DNA of 64,000 bases from NCBI GenBank assembly GCA_024679065.1, contig JAGIQG010000002.1:71982001-72046000 (forward strand), read 5' to 3'. The notes below the pieces were generated by a model. The model was not told the origin of the DNA and did not search any database. It saw only the letters and a program-made list of their open reading frames with translations. Within the stretch, counting starts at the first letter, position 1. Each line of letters starts with the position of its first letter. Position numbers and translations under genes: made by a program. Below, one piece after another: positions 63,603 through 64,000 of the stretch. The DNA comes from Sphyrna mokarran (Eukaryota).

Positions 63603-64000
63603 ATCTTGTGTTTTATGTTTGCCAATACAAATATAAATCCCATAAAACTATTGTTATTTTCTGACACATGGAAAAATAATTATGTTCTGACGCCTGTCCA
63701 ATATAATTGTTCAAATCAGGAGTCAGTTCTTAAGGTGATGGTGAGATCAAGAAGGGAAGTTAGAAGTTAATTCGTTATTCATTCCGAATAATTCATTTGA
63801 ACCATAAACACTTGGGAATTGCTGATATACTTTTTTTTGCACCTTCTATTAAGCATTCTGAAGTTGTTACTATAATTGCAGCAAGAGTCTTGAATGGATT
63901 TTCTTTTGTGATTTAAGACATCTGGAAGTTTAATTCTCATCTTCAATGTATCCTGACTTTTCACATCTATAAAGTAAGAACAATAATCACATTAGTATAC

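Noticed and set aside
1-64000. Prokaryotic-type systems (CRISPR, defence operons)
   Set aside because: The sequence is a spliced vertebrate gene, and no regularly spaced repeat arrays were seen.

Overview
Eukaryotic (vertebrate) intronic and exonic DNA. It is almost certainly from a shark or other elasmobranch, judged by HE1/V-type SINEs and HER1-type CR1 LINEs. The window carries the middle to 3' part of a + strand neurabin-1 (PPP1R9A) gene. I reconstructed eight GT-AG exons with consistent phases (3579-3808, 3901-3997, 17920-18112, 31968-32018, 48750-48907, 56687-57005, 57476-57560, 60872-60955), covering the coiled coil and the long-isoform insert. The gene continues beyond both ends. Most intronic sequence is retroelement debris: many nested CR1 LINEs, V-SINEs, RTE, L2, Penelope, a Gypsy pol relic and a probable solo LTR. 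Most listed ORFs are LINE fragments or noise. The most notable unexplained signals are: (1) a cluster of 10, 9 and 8 nt microexon-like units at 23.3-23.5 kb, with TGCATG motifs, that keep the neurabin frame only in combination; (2) a decayed, intronless TPR-like gene nested in an intron; (3) a V-SINE whose tRNA head is replaced by a CpG-rich structured sequence; (4) a hairpin with 40-bp arms; (5) a candidate alternative terminal exon. Homologies come from recalled sequences, not database searches, and repeat boundaries are approximate.
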